Source: Paraspadella gotoi (lineage: Eukaryota; Animalia; Chaetognatha). Taken from it: DNA of 63,911 nt. The stretch covers positions 12,250,445 through 12,314,355 of the forward strand of contig CM119268.1 in the NCBI GenBank assembly GCA_051294375.1. The letters are read 5' to 3'. Positions 1 through 13,748 of the stretch are shown in pieces. Within the stretch, counting starts at the first letter, position 1. Every line of letters begins with the position of its first letter. The notes below the pieces were generated by a model that made no database searches, was not told the DNA's origin, and was given only the letters and a program-made list of their open reading frames with translations. The translations under genes and the position numbers were made by a program.

Positions 1-759
1 TAGCATTACGATACGATGCTAACATTTCCTGGCATTTCATCATGTATTGATTAAAACGATAACATATACAATTGAACTTGGCCCAAAAAAAAGGCAGAAA
101 GAGAAGAGAGATAAGAAAAAAAAAAAGAACAAAAGATTCCTGACGATAACCGAAAGCGTCGCTCTTTTGTCTTTTGGCGGCGACGCAGCTCGAAAAAAAA
201 AAGGACTCTCGCCGCCCTCTGTCGAGCGGTGGGGAAAAAATGACAAGGAAACAAAAGGCTGAGGAATTTTCATAAATACGGCGGAAAAAAAGTTTGCGCG
301 GTTCGGAAAAAGGGAAGGCTTAATTAAAAAGTCGGCGGCGAGTTGCGTCAAATTATGCGTCAAGAGTTGGATTTTTTGTTTCCATTTTTTAGAACGTTTT
401 TTTTTTTTCTCGTTTCTTTTGTTCAAAAGCTCGAGAGACTCGATAACTTTCGTATTTACAAAATGTGGTTTAACTAAAGAAATGTACGAACATTTGACTG
501 TCGGAGATTACTGTCATCGAGGTCTCTCGAAATCGTCAAAATCTTTGGATTATACCAGAAACGTAATTTTCTAAAAAAGAGAGAAAGAAAAAATTAAGGA
601 AATCCAGAAAAGGTTTTTAAAAAGAGAAGGTTTTGCGTTTTCTTTGAAAAGACAGGCGAACCTCATCCAAATCAGATTCCAGGTGTACTTAGCCCGAACG
701 TTACGAGGATTGAAGTGGCTCGGCCCCCGTTTATCTCTTAAGCGGGGTCGGTTCGATAC

Positions 760-880
<121 letters not shown>

Positions 881-939
881 CACCCATCTTTTATCATTAA
901 TTTTTTCAAGCCCTTACTCTTTCCTTCTCTCTTTTCCAG

Positions 940-1000
940 CACTCCTCACTCCTCACTCCTCACTCCTCACTCCTCACTCCTCACTCCTCATTCCTCACCC
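940..1000 (+). repeat. 7-bp tandem repeat (CACTCCT)n
   Basis: actcctc repeated about 7-8 times. Confidence 0.9.
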
Positions 1001-1412
1001 CTCATCCTTTTTCATCCCTTCCCACTTTCCATTCACCCTTTTATTTGCTCTCACTTTCTCCCTTTTCACCCACCAATCTTTTCTCATTTTTCCTTCCTTC
1101 CTCTGACTCCCTCTTTTTTTCCCTCATTTCATTTCCCATTCTGCTTCCCTTCCTCCTTCAATCCTTTTTTCCCTTTCTTTATTCCATGTGCTCCCTTTTC
1201 TTTCTCCTCCTCTCCTCCCACTCGGCCACTTTGTCTCCATCTGGCGGACGATAAAAGCGACAAACGCGTCGGCGTCTCACATCCTTGACCCTCGTCTCGG
1301 TTTCCGCTTCCGAATTTTTTTTTTTTCCGCCGCCGTTCCCGACAAAATAGCGATCGGCGCAAAGGAACCAAAAATAATGGCTTTTGTCTAGGGATTGCCT
1401 TCCCCCCGCCTT

Positions 1413-1447
<35 letters not shown>

Positions 1448-2511
1448 TGGTAATTTTCGGGCTCTCCTCTCTGTCAAAGGGCCGCTTCGTCTCGATGGAT
1501 TTGGTTATTTTACAACGACGGAGCACTCCTGGAGGTCGTAGTTAAAATGTCGCCGTCGATTGGGTTGTCTTCCGCTGCCCTTAAGACTAATGCCGATTTT
1601 CTGATCTCTTACGATCTTACTGATAAAGTTAGATGACTTTGCGGGTTTTAAATAAGTTGTTTTGCATACGTTGTTAATTTATTATTTTTGTTTCAAGACA
1701 AACAGCGTTGGCCAAAAAATTGTTCGTGAACGGATTCATCAATTAGCATAAAATCGCTACAACCGAATACAAATGTTACATTTATTTAATATACAAGCAA
1801 AATTGCACTTAAGGTGGGTAAAGGCCTCCGTCCCTCTTTCAAGATAATAACATAGCAAGACAGCGCAAGCTTTCAATCAAGACCTACAAATTAAATGATA
1901 TAATGTTTTTTTTTAACTGAATAAAAGGACCACCCCTTGAGTATTACAAATTACAATATTACACTCCGCACAAACATTAAAAATTTAAAATGCAAGGAGC
2001 TGACTTAAGTGGAATCATCATCAGTCTAGTAAATCATATTTTCTCTCTTTCGAATTGGGGTGAGACTCGTTTTCGAGATCACTGATCTTTCACGACGGTA
2101 GACGCCAACGACTCTTTGTTCTCTTCGCGGTTTAACGATTCGCTTTACAGGGTTGAATGACCGCGAGAATGTCATTGTTGGCGAATTTAGCCAGGGTAAA
2201 CTATCTGAAATTTATGCTACCGCACGTGTTCGAAACTATTATTAAAAATACAAAATAATATTGGCTCGTAATCACGCAAAGCTTTGTCATTTGACCTATA
2301 TAAACTAAAGCGCCTTTATTATGTGCTTTTTTCCTACGTAAATGCGAATGTGAGGAGGAAATACTTACTTTTATGACTGACCGACCAAAAGAGAAAAAAA
2401 ATTAAGTCATTCGCCGCGACCGACATTTGACCTTTGACCACAAACGCAAAAAAAAAGCTAAGCCTCTCCTTCCGATTCTCGTTTTTACCATAAAACAAGA
2501 TTGAGAAAAAA

Positions 2512-2637
<126 letters not shown>

Positions 2638-2752
2638 GATACAGAAACGGAAGCATTTAGGGTTTAAAATCTACAAATATATCACGTGATCAAAACTCTA
2701 TGGGCGATAAACGAGAGGAATAAAGAGGGCGTACCTAGTTCTGGGGTGATGG

Positions 2753-2782
2753 AGTGGTCAGTGGTCAGTGGTCAGTGGTCAG
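2753..2782 (+). repeat. 7-bp tandem repeat (AGTGGTC)4
   Basis: agtggtc repeated 4 times. Confidence 0.9.
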
Positions 2783-2974
2783 GATGGAGGGGTGAAAGAG
2801 GTGTTAGAGGCAGAGTGAGCTGAGAGGGTATCGGGCGGCTGCTGATGGCGAAAACATTGTCACATTAGGATGATTGATGCCAGGTTTTAGCTACAGGAAG
2901 CAGATTTTCTGATAATAAATGATGCCGTCCAGTCGTCCAGCGCGGTGGCTGCGAAGGAGAGTGAAGGGAGGAAA

Positions 2975-4830
2975 AGGAAAGTAAAAGGAAAGGGGAAAGA
3001 ATGAAATGAAAACAAAAATGAAAAAAGTAAATATGAAAAGATAATGAAAAAGAATAAAGAAAATAAAAAAAAAGAAAAAGAAAAAGAGAAAAAGAAAAGA
3101 AAAAGAAAAGGAAAAGAAAAGAAAAGAAAAGAAAAAGAAAAGAAAAAGAAAGAAAAGAAGAAGAAAATGCGAAAGACAAAAAAATTAAAAAAAGTAAGAT
3201 GAAAGATATGAAAGAAGAGAATAGAGAAAAGAATAAAGAAAGAAAAAACAGAGAAAAGAAAGAAAGAAAAGAAAAATAAAACAAGAAAAGACGAAAAAGG
3301 AAAGAAAGGAACACGAGGAGAAAAAGGAAGAAAAGGAGAGCAAGAAGAACTTAAGGAGTCTCCAGGAAGGAAAAGAGATAGAAAAGTAAAATGGAAAAGA
3401 AAAGAAAGAAGAGAAGGAAAAAGGGAAGAGAAAGAAAAAAAAAGAAAAAAAAGAAAAAAAAGAAAGAAAAGAAAAAGAAAAAAGAAAGAAAAGAAATAGG
3501 AAAGAAGAAAAAAAAAAAAATATAGTATTTTAAAAAAAAATGAAAAGATAATGAAAAAGAAAAAGAAAAAAAGAAAAAGAAAAGAAAAAGAAAAGAAAAA
3601 AAGAAAAAAAAGAAAAGAAAAGGAAAAGAGAAAAAGAAAAGAAAAAAAAGAAAATAAAAGAAAAGAAACGAAAGAAAAGAAATAGGAAAGAAAAAGAATT
3701 AAAAAAGTAAATATGAAAAGATAATGAAAAAGAAATAAAGAAAAAAAAAAGAAAAGAAAAACCCAGCACCATTGACAAGAAAAGCGACAGAAAAGTGACA
3801 AAAAAAACGAAAGAATATAATAAGACAGACCGACCATAAAAGGANNNNNNNNNNNNNNNNNNNNNNNNNAAGATAATGAAAAAGAATAACAGGAAAAGAA
3901 AGAAAATTGAAAAATAAGAAAAGAAAAAAAAGATAAAATAAAAGAGAGAGAATAAAAGAATAAAGAATGAAGAAAAGAAAAGAAAAAAGAAAAAATAAAA
4001 AAAAAAAGAAAAAAGAAAAGAGAAATAGAGGAAGAAAAGAAAAAAAAAGAAAAGGAAAAAGGAAAGAAAAAAAAATTAAAAAGTAAATATGAAATAGATA
4101 ATGAAAAAGAATAAAGAAAGAAAAGAATAAGAAAGAAAAAAGAAAAAGAAAGAACAAAGAAAAAGAAAAGAAAAGAAAAGAAGAAAAGAAAAGAAAATAG
4201 GAAAGGAAAAAAAATTAAAAAAGTAAATATGAAAAGATAATGAAAAAGAATAAAGAAAAGAAAAGAAAAGAAAAGAAAAGAAAAGAAAAGAAAAGAAAAA
4301 AAATGAAAAGAAAAGCACAAAAAAGAAAGAAACGAAAGAAAAGAAATAGGAAAGAAAAAGAATTAAAAAAGTAAATAGTTGAAAAGATAAATGAAAAAAG
4401 AATAAAAAGAAAAGAAAGAAAAGAGAAAAAGAAAAAAAAAGAAAAAGAAAAAGAAAAGAAAAGAAAAGAATAAGAAAAAAGAAAAAAGAAATAAAATATA
4501 AGAGGAAAAAGAAAATAGGAAAGAAAAAAAATTAAAAAAGTAAATATGAAAAGATAATTAAAAAGACTAAAGGAAGAGAAAAGAAAAGAAAAGAAAAGAA
4601 ATGGAAAAAAAATAAGAAAAGAAAAGAAAAGAAAGGAAAAGAAAATAGGAAAGAAAAAAATTAAAAAAGTAAATATGAAAAGATTAAAAAGAATAAAGGA
4701 AGAGAAAAAAGGTGAAGAAATAAAGAAAATAAAAAAGGAAATGAAGAAAAAAGGGAAAAGCGAAGAAAATAAAGGAACAAATGGATATAAAACAAAAAAC
4801 AGAAAAAGAAAAAAGGAGATAGTTAAAGAA
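2975..4830 (+). repeat. About 1.9-kb polypurine (A/G) low-complexity satellite with a recurrent core
   Basis: Core aattaaaaaagtaaatatgaaaagataatgaaaaagaataaag recurs about 9-10 times (e.g. near 3022, 3697, 4074, 4213, 4361, 4530, 4659), separated by variable (GAAAA)n. Confidence 0.9.
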
Positions 4831-5050
4831 GTAATTGTGCGTATGTGAGTCTTCGAGGTTGAGCGTGCGCACAAACGTGCGATCGAGAGAAAGAGAGAGT
4901 GAGCTTGTGAGAGAGAGTGAGTGAGAGATATATTCGCAAAGATCAGCGCCAGGCTTCTCACACCCACCGAACATGAGGCCAGAGATAAGGAAGATTTTCT
5001 TTTCAAGAGACGTTGATTCGTCGCTGAGAGAGAGAGAGAGAGAGGAGAGA

Positions 5051-5090
<40 letters not shown>

Positions 5091-5655
5091 AGAGAGTGAG
5101 AGAGAGATAAGATGTAGTAGAAGAAGCAGAGCGAGAGAGAGCGAGAGAGGATTGAACTCGGGATTTCGACTTCAGTCAACGTCGGAACCTCGCAGAAAAT
5201 ACCTCTGTCCATTGAGTCTTGAGTATTTTTGCTAATTCGATATTATTAGCTTTGTTCTATAATATTAAAATAATAATATTATAATAATTATAATAATATA
5301 AAATTATATTCTATTGTATTATAACCTTCAGCGCTTTCGACATACATTTCGTTTTCGTCGTTTACAAGTTTACGAAAAATTCTATTTATTTTTGTCAAAT
5401 AAAAAAGTGCGAGTAATTGAATAAAAACTGCGATATTGGAATAGTTTAAAATCTCAACATTTTAATGTTGTTTTTTTTTTTTAAGAAGAAAGTTGAGAAA
5501 AAATGCGAATAGCAAAAGAAAGAAAAAAAGTATATGAAAGAAAAAAAGGGGGAGGTTAGAATCGCTGCGATGACGATTTTCTTGACAGCGACGTCGAATC
5601 CAGTCAAATTGGGGCACGAAAAATCTTCCCGAGACTTCTTTCTACTTATTATTTT

Positions 5656-5875
5656 TGGCACTTTTGGCCAAAATCGCCCCATTTCTGAATGTTATTCCTT
5701 AAAATTAATTTTATGTTTATTATTTATTCTTAATCTCAATCCCTAACCCGAATCCTTGTCATTAATCCCCAAACTAATACTTATACCTTACCCATATTCT
5801 AATTTTTAAACTAAAAAAACGAACTCCATTCTAAAATTTAAACTGAAATATGACGCTTTTCTTGCATAATCTCCG
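5656..5875 (+). mobile_element. Shorter, diverged copy of the CCTAA-core MITE-like family
   Basis: Shares the 5' cccatttc...ttattcc..aaattaatttta block, a ccctaacccgaatcct core and the 3' ttaaactgaaat...gcttt...ccg block with 10789-11147. Confidence 0.55.
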
Positions 5876-6405
5876 TCTAATCTAACTTTTTGTTTTATTT
5901 CCAAATCGTCGAGATCAACAAGAGAAGAACTCACTCTTTTCTCCTAATTCATCCTCTTCCTTCTCTTCCTTCCCTTCGACCCTACATTTCCTCTCTCGAC
6001 CCAAAACCTCACCCCGCGACGGAACTCGGCCATCACTCACCTTCGTTCCTCGTCATGACCGACCGACCGACCGAGCGAACAAACTCGAAATCTTTCCGAA
6101 TGGAGGGAGAAAAAAAAAAGTTGGAAACTGGGAAGAGAAAGGTTTATCGCAAACTCCGCCCTCGATGCGGTCGCCTCGTCTCGCGCCTTCACGAGCCGAA
6201 ATTTCGGATAATTAAAAGCCTCGTAAAACTTATCGATGGAATTCGGTGCCCAACATCATTGTCCCCAGTGCTCCCCCCCTTTTTTTTCCCACGCTTATCC
6301 CGCGCCCCGCGTGGCCATTCTTTGCAAAATTATCTCCATCCTTTTCTCTTTTACTCCCTTTTTCTTTCCTCACTTACCTACTTCCTCCAAACCTCCATTA
6401 CAAGA

Positions 6406-6407
<2 letters not shown>

Positions 6408-6499
<92 letters not shown>
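6408..6499 (+). repeat. (CT)n microsatellite
   Basis: Perfect CT run. Confidence 0.99.
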
Positions 6500-6501
<2 letters not shown>

Positions 6502-8166
6502 CCCAGAGAATTTGTTTCGTCGGCGGTTTTGGAGTCTCGTTAGTCTCTCAGTCGCGGTCTGCACATCATTTCAGTCGATTTAGACTCTGCATTTACATTT
6601 GCATTCGCGTTTCGCAGACCATTTGCCGCGTAAAGATGTCCATTTGGACGCGCGGCATATGGGAGCCACCCTTTCGGGTACTAATAGCGGGCGAAAAGGA
6701 GTGGGAGGGGTCGTATTTTCACCTAAATGGACAATCCCAGTTGGACACAAATGATAAATCGTCATTCGAGTTATTTCTCCCGAATATTTAAATTCATTTG
6801 ACTCCGAGACGACAACAAAGATACTAAGTCTCTCCATTCGGCCTCAAGGGGGCGCATGTGGCAAGTCGATTACAGTTGGGCCATTCGACGATATATATTC
6901 GCACGAGATGTTCATTTGCGAAGTCGATTGAGTCCGTTAGTCGAGGGTCAATGCGAGTCGCATGACTTTATCCTCATCATCACCGAATACAGAACAGTTC
7001 GGAGATGCCGGGGAAATATTGGAACAGTTTTTTTTTTTTTTTTAATTCAAAGCGGAAAAGTCATTAAAACGCAGAAAGGTCCATTACTACTAAGTTAGAT
7101 CCCGTTGATAACCACACATAAATTTTTTTAACGAAGCATTGAACTTATTTTAAAAAGAAAAATGACACTGTTAATGTTATACGTAACTCCGTAAGAAAGA
7201 AAAATATAAATAACAAAACAAATTTTCTTAATCTTAATCATGGTACACATAGCATTAGTTATTTCATAAAATCCTAAAATCGGGAAACCGCTTTTAATTC
7301 AGCTCGTCGCTTGGCAACCGCGTTTGGAAGTCGCATCGCGATCGTTTTTCTCGTCCGTTTCCGACCTACAGGTTCGACCCCGTCGTCGTGACCTTTAAAA
7401 CGGGAATTTTCGTTCGGTTCTTAATCTTTTAGAAAGACTGGTAGATATTTATTTTTAAAAAAAAATTATACAGATTAGTGATCACATTGTAATCAGACGT
7501 CGTCTAAAAGGCAATATTGTTTCATTAATGTCATTGCCCAGTCAATGCTCGCCAAATTGCCTTCAATTTTATGATAAAATCAATAAAGGGTTATAAACAA
7601 GAAACTCTGATAAAAAAAAAAAAAAAACCGCACGAAAGATTTTTCGATGCGCAATGTGACTCAATTTTGATGGAAGGCAAGCCTCTTTGTTTTCGTCGAG
7701 AGAGCGACGTCACGTGCAGAAGCAAAGAATCACCGAACGTGGCCATATAAGTCACTCCGTGCGATCACGTGTGTTCTTAGCATTATATATCTCGACCACA
7801 ATCACTAACCAGTATCCAATTCATACAGCTGGGTTTTCATAAAATAAAGCAAAGACTGTAGCTTTATTGGAACTTTTCAAATTCACGGAATATCAATAAT
7901 GGCATTAAAATATTTTTTTTTAAATTCGTAAATATTGTTTTTTTTTATCTACTGTTCGCTAATGGCGAACATAGTTCTCTCTTCGTCCTCGCCATTTTTA
8001 TCAATCAAAGATTTTATGAGCTCTTTCTCGCCAACGTTAGGCCTTCATGATAAATTTCTTTACGGCGCTTTACGCCGCTTTCTCTCTCACTCGCTCTCGC
8101 TCTCTCTTTCTCGCTCGCTCTCTCTCGCTCTCTCTCGCGCTCTCTCTTCTATAAATATACTCTCGA

Positions 8167-8220
<54 letters not shown>

Positions 8221-8221
8221 C

Positions 8222-8257
<36 letters not shown>

Positions 8258-8374
8258 ATTCAGAATATTTTTCACTTCTAGTTTCTTCTCTCTTTCCTTT
8301 TTAATTTTCACTCTCCTTCTCTCTTATCACTCTTCACATTTTCTCACTCTTCACATTTCCTCACTCTTCACTAA

Positions 8375-8830
8375 AGCTTAGCAAAAATATTAAAATCAAG
8401 GAGAATCGAAATTCGAATAGTAGATTATGAACATTTTTAAATAAAAAAAAAAGATTTTTTTTTCAACTGTGGCATTAGCCCATATTTATACATAGTACTC
8501 ACCATTGATAATGTCAAAATTTTAAAATGTGTTTTTTTGTGTTTTTTTTAAGCAGATTCGAATTCCTGACGTTTTTTTAATTTTTAGCTAACTTAATAAA
8601 ATAATTTTTTGATTAAGACTTATATTTTCTGTTATCAACTTTTTATTGAGGAATTAAAATCTGCTCTCCAAACTAAGAACAAAACTATTTTAAAATTTAT
8701 ACATTTTCTATAGTGAGTACTATGTAAAATATGGGCTAATACGAAAATTGAGATTTTTTTAAAAAAAAATTTATACATCAATGTTTTCTAATACAAGACT
8801 ATTCGAATTTTTCTCTGTGAAACTACGCCT
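8375..8830. mobile_element. AT-rich foldback/MITE element with long inverted arms
   Basis: attagcccatatttatacatagtactcac...aaattttaaaat (about 8475-8528) pairs with attttaaaattt...gtgagtactatgtaaaatatgggctaat (about 8687-8740). aaattcgaatagt (about 8409-8421) pairs with actattcgaattt (about 8798-8810). Homologous to 41395-42537 and 50310-51439. Confidence 0.8.
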
Positions 8831-9442
8831 TACTTTTCGCTCTTCCCTCTTTATATCTCTCGCCTCTTTCTCTTCCATATCTCTGCTCCTCGACTAATGT
8901 CCTTCCATGTCACACTAAGGACCTCCATTTACAAAGTCAGCTCGAATTTATGATGACGATATCCATACTTAATACAACTTTCTTTCCATCCATCGCAACC
9001 TTTTTTTTTCTTTTCATGCCATCAATATTTTTTTCTTTTTTTCTCTCGTTTTTAAGATCGTCGCCCACAGAAAGCCATATCTTCTCGTAAAAAAACTCGG
9101 TCGAACTCGGATAAAACAGGAATTATGATGTAGTCATACAAAATAAATATGAAATAAGCCTCGTGCGACGAGAAACGAGTTCCTGCGGAGACGTTTCGGG
9201 GAGAAAAAGAAGGAAATCCCCGAGAATTTATAAAGAGAAAATGGGATGCAAAAATTAATAAAAAAAGTATCATATTCCTTTCCAAGGAGATTTTTTCAAA
9301 AATGTTGTAAGATGCCGAATATTCTTAATATTTAAAGTCTAAATATAATTCTAAAGCCATAATTTTCTTTTTACACAATTTATAATCACGAACGGACTTT
9401 AACGAGCGAATGTACTGGAATTGCGTGGGTGGCTTATTACGA

Positions 9443-9544
<102 letters not shown>

Positions 9545-10788
9545 TATTCTCTAGTTAAAAAATTATTATATACCTAGATATATGAAATAACTTTATTTTT
9601 TGTTTAATTTCCTTTCTTGCACATTTTTCCTTTCTTTCTGATTCTTTCGTTTTTCTATTCTAATCGAGAGTCGATATTTATCTCTTGTCTTTCTCCGTCG
9701 TTACTTATGGTGACTTTTGTTTTTTTTAAATTCATTAACTTTTCTTTCTGTTCCAAGAAAAGAGTCTGCAGAAAAAGATAAGCCTTAGACTTAGGCTAAG
9801 TTAATATTTTTAATTTTCCGTCTTTTTTTAAATTTTTACCATTTTTTTATAAAGTTTCTTTTACTTTTTTGTTTGAAAATTTATTCGCTTCTCCTCTTAA
9901 CACAACGACGGGACAAAACTCCTCGTAGACTCTTCTTGTAGGATAATTTGCATTTTTCGCAGATGCAATTAATGACTTGCATTTAAACTTAATTTAAATT
10001 TGAATAACCGCGAGTTTTATCGATATAAAAATAACAAATCAGATTAATTAAAATTATATAAACGACGAATCGGTTAAATAAATATGGTATAGAAGGTTAT
10101 TGTAATATCTAAAAGTATAAAAAAAAGAAAATCGAAAACAAGGAGAGTATTCATTACTATTCAATGAATAGTATTCATCACTATTCAAGGTTCTAATGAC
10201 GACCAGGCAATTTATACATCTCGACCCCGATGCTTTTATATTGCTTTATATTACTGCCATACCCTGCATTCATTGATCATGACCCATCAATGTAACCCAC
10301 CGATCATTAATCCACTAATTTTATTCTCATTTTTTTTCGTCTCCCGTACGAGGAGCATCTCTACTCTAGGATTAGCCACTCGATTCTCAAACTTCTCTCA
10401 CCTCTCTTTTCGATCTCAATTATTTTCTACTCTCTTTGACGTTGCTCACTTCTCTATTTCATCTTACTTCTCTCGCGATTCTATTCATAAACTTTTGTCA
10501 CCTCTCTTTTCGACCTCAATTGTCTATCCCTTCTCGAACTTTGCTAACTTGTCTATTTCACCTGACTTTTTGTCTTTTCTTTAAGTTTTTATCTTTTCCC
10601 ATTCCCACTCTCTGGCGACTCTATTCGCCAACTTCTCTCACCTCTCTATCCTTCCTCTCATTTCCTCTCACTTTTCTTCTCCCGTCTTCTCGTCGAAAGC
10701 TAATTATTTGCACGGCGCTGTCAGGAAGCATTTTCTTTCCCCACGCAGAACCCGGTGAACGCGGAAAAGTCTGGGGCTAAAGAAAATA

Positions 10789-11147
10789 CGGCTCTATTTT
10801 GCGATAGCGTCCCATTTCTTTTCTTTATCCCGGAATTTAATTTTTATCATAATAGATAATCTTAATCTATTTCTAAATATTTAATTCAATCCATAACCAT
10901 AATCCCTAAACCAAACCTATTTAATTCTTAACCTTAATTCTTAATTACAATCCTTAATCGCTAACATTATCTCTTAACCTTAACTTGATTCCTTTTCCCT
11001 AATCCTTAACCAAAACTCTAACCAAATCCCTAACCTTACTCCCTTACCATATCCCTATCCTTAACCTTAAACCTAATCTTTAAACATAAACATTTACTTA
11101 ATTATTAATTTTAAACTGAAATGGGGAGCTTTAAGAAAATACAGTCG
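10789..11147 (+). mobile_element. MITE-like element with imperfect TIRs and degenerate telomere-like (CCTAA/CCTTAA) core
   Basis: 5' cggctctattttgcgatagcgtcccatttc matches the reverse complement of the 3' end, cgactgtattttcttaaagctccccatttc, at 22/30. The interior is many ccctaa/ccttaa/cctaat units. Related copies lie at 5656-5875 and 60462-60606. Confidence 0.65.
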
Positions 11148-11932
11148 AAAAGTCTTGAGCTAAAGAAAATACATAAAAAAAATATATATTCCGAAGGAGA
11201 AGAAGAAAAAATGTTATCCTGATGAAGACAAAAAATGAGAGAAAAATGAAATCGGAAATCTTGATTCGCTTACCTTGTCAAAAAAGCGACGGCGCCAGTC
11301 TTGCCCAAGATGAAAGAGACGCGAAGGAGAAAAAGTTGAATAATCAATTTTGCGCCGCCGCAGTCGCCTTGTTAATTAGTCGAGAGGAAGACGACGACGA
11401 CGACGACGACGACGATTACGGCGACGGGGCGGGATTGGTAGCGACGTCGTTGAAGACGACGTAGACGACCAGAAAATGACGTCTAGGAAAAAGGAAGACA
11501 ACAAAGATGCTGCCAGAAGGACGAATGAAGACGTTGAAAATGAGAGTTTTATTTTGTCATTATATATATGTTAAGTATAAGAAAATGAAGATGAAGTATC
11601 GAAGACGACGATACGATGATATACATACAAACGTAAATGACAAACGAAATGATTAACGAGTCGCGAAAAAAAAAAATCGGATGAAGACGAGGCGACGAAA
11701 ATAAAAGGGAATGAAGAAGATAAAGTGGGAAATGTTGTACAAGTGAAAGAAGATGAAGAAGAAGACGAAATAAAAGAAAGAAGAAGATAGAAGAAGAAGA
11801 AGGAGAAATGAAGCGAGGATTTTAAATATTTTATTTTAAATCAGCAAAGGAAACAAATGGCGGAGAAAAAAAGCATTCCGGGAGGAAAAGGAGGCTGCTT
11901 AGTTTAAATTCGAGAGAGATAGAGAAGGAGAA

Positions 11933-11980
<48 letters not shown>

Positions 11981-13002
11981 GGAAGAGAGAGAGAGAGGAG
12001 AGAGAGATCGGAACCACCGGAAATGGCGTTTGACGTCTCGCCGGCCGAGGGCGCCGTCGCGAAGTGAAGCGACGTCGTCTCTCGAGTTTGTGACGCGCGT
12101 CGTGTGGACGAGGAGCGCGTGAGCGGTGAAACGCGCGTGCGCAAGACAGAGGAAAGTGAGAGAGAGAAAAGAAGAGAGAGGAGAGAAGAAGAGAGAGAGA
12201 GGAAGGAGAGAGGAGAGAGAAGGACATGAGCCGAGAGCCTGAGAGAGAGAGAGAGAGAGAGAGATAAAGAGATAAAGAGAAAGAGATAGAGAAAACAATT
12301 TAGAATTAACGAATTTTATTTCGACTGAAATGACTGCACCGTGCACCTCCTTTGATTTTATTCCAATATTAAACGCTTTTTATACATGACATTTGTCTCA
12401 TTGTAGTTAGCTTAATTTACTTTAAACCAGACGTGAACACTGAAAAGGAGGACATTTAAATAAATAATGAAAGAAAACAAGACTGGTCCATCCAATTCCA
12501 ATGTGTTGCGCCACAGTGACTTTCTTTTTACGTGTATTTCCTTGTGATCACGTGACTACAAGACTAGGAAATTTATGTATATAACAAACGTCTTATGGTT
12601 GATCACTATTCTGCAAAATTTCATTTCAAACAACTAGACATTACACGAAATATTCCGCATTTACTTTTGTGTGGTCATACACAAGAACAAAACACAAGCA
12701 CAAGAAGCATTTAATAATGTCTTACCAGTCTGCCAAGTATTAACTGAATAACTTTCTTAGCCCGTGTATTTATGACACGCACTGCATCGAAACTCCGTCT
12801 TTTATTCTTTATACGAGTACTCGAGGCCCGACTAATAATTTAGAATTCCAGGTTTTTTATCTCCTATACGAAGTCTCTCCTCAATAACGTGAAATCGACA
12901 CGCGATTTGGCAAAGTTCCGTCTCATCAGATCCGCTCATAATTTTTTTTTTTTTTTTGCCCCATTAGTCGAATTCTCTATTTTATTTGTTTCGTATTATC
13001 TA

Positions 13003-13592
13003 CAGGGAGGTCCAGCTCTTTTGTGACTAACTTAAAAAAATCGTTTGGACAGGTAAATAAAAAAATAATCAAATAAAAATTAGTGTACTTGTAAAAATTT
13101 GTAATGACAACACAATTAATTAAAAAGATTCACCATTGGCAACCATGACCTTCTCCAAGTGTCCAGAGAGAGCAGCATATGCTTTTGCGACCGCGCCCAT
13201 TGGGAATGCTATCAGTTCTATCACTATTTTTTTTTTTTTTGTCAGAAAGTTGACAGTTCTAGAGGGGATGTGTGGGACATTCTGCTTCTCCATCCTACAT
13301 TTTCATAAATCAGTGGGATTGCAGTAAAAAAAAAGCGCAGCCAAAAGTCAAAAGTCAAAATCCTTCTTGATTTTTGTTAAAATTTCTAAAATAATTTGTA
13401 AGGAAGCGGCGCAAAGAATTTCGACATGTTATGCAAAAAGCTTCACTTACAGTAGTTGCTGTCGGCTTTTCTAGACTTTTTTTGATATCGATCAAAAGAT
13501 AATTTAACTGAGTTTTCAAAAATGCTTTTATCATAAAGGCTTTTTGTGCTGTAAGCACTTGAAGTTAGTCCCATTAGAGCTGGACCTCCCTG
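13003..13592. mobile_element. Non-autonomous Tc1/mariner-type DNA transposon (MITE), 590 bp
   Basis: Left end CAGGGAGGTCCAGCTCTTTTGTGACTAACTT (13003-13033) matches the reverse complement of the right end, CAGGGAGGTCCAGCTCTAATGGGACTAACTT (13562-13592), at 28/31. TA flanks both sides (13001-13002, 13593-13594). No transposase ORF inside. Confidence 0.9.
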
Positions 13593-13605
13593 TATCTTTG
13601 TCTAA

Positions 13606-13688
<83 letters not shown>

Positions 13689-13748
13689 GCCCTCCCCCAC
13701 GCATCTCTGTCTCTGTCTCTCGCATTGTTTTGCCTTCTCTCTGCCCAG

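Noticed and set aside
2865-5006. Long Phe/Ser/Leu-rich ORFs (477 aa, 263 aa) resembling multi-pass membrane proteins
   Set aside because: They are translations of the pyrimidine strand of the A/G satellite, which lacks stops by composition, and the 477-aa ORF runs through an N gap.
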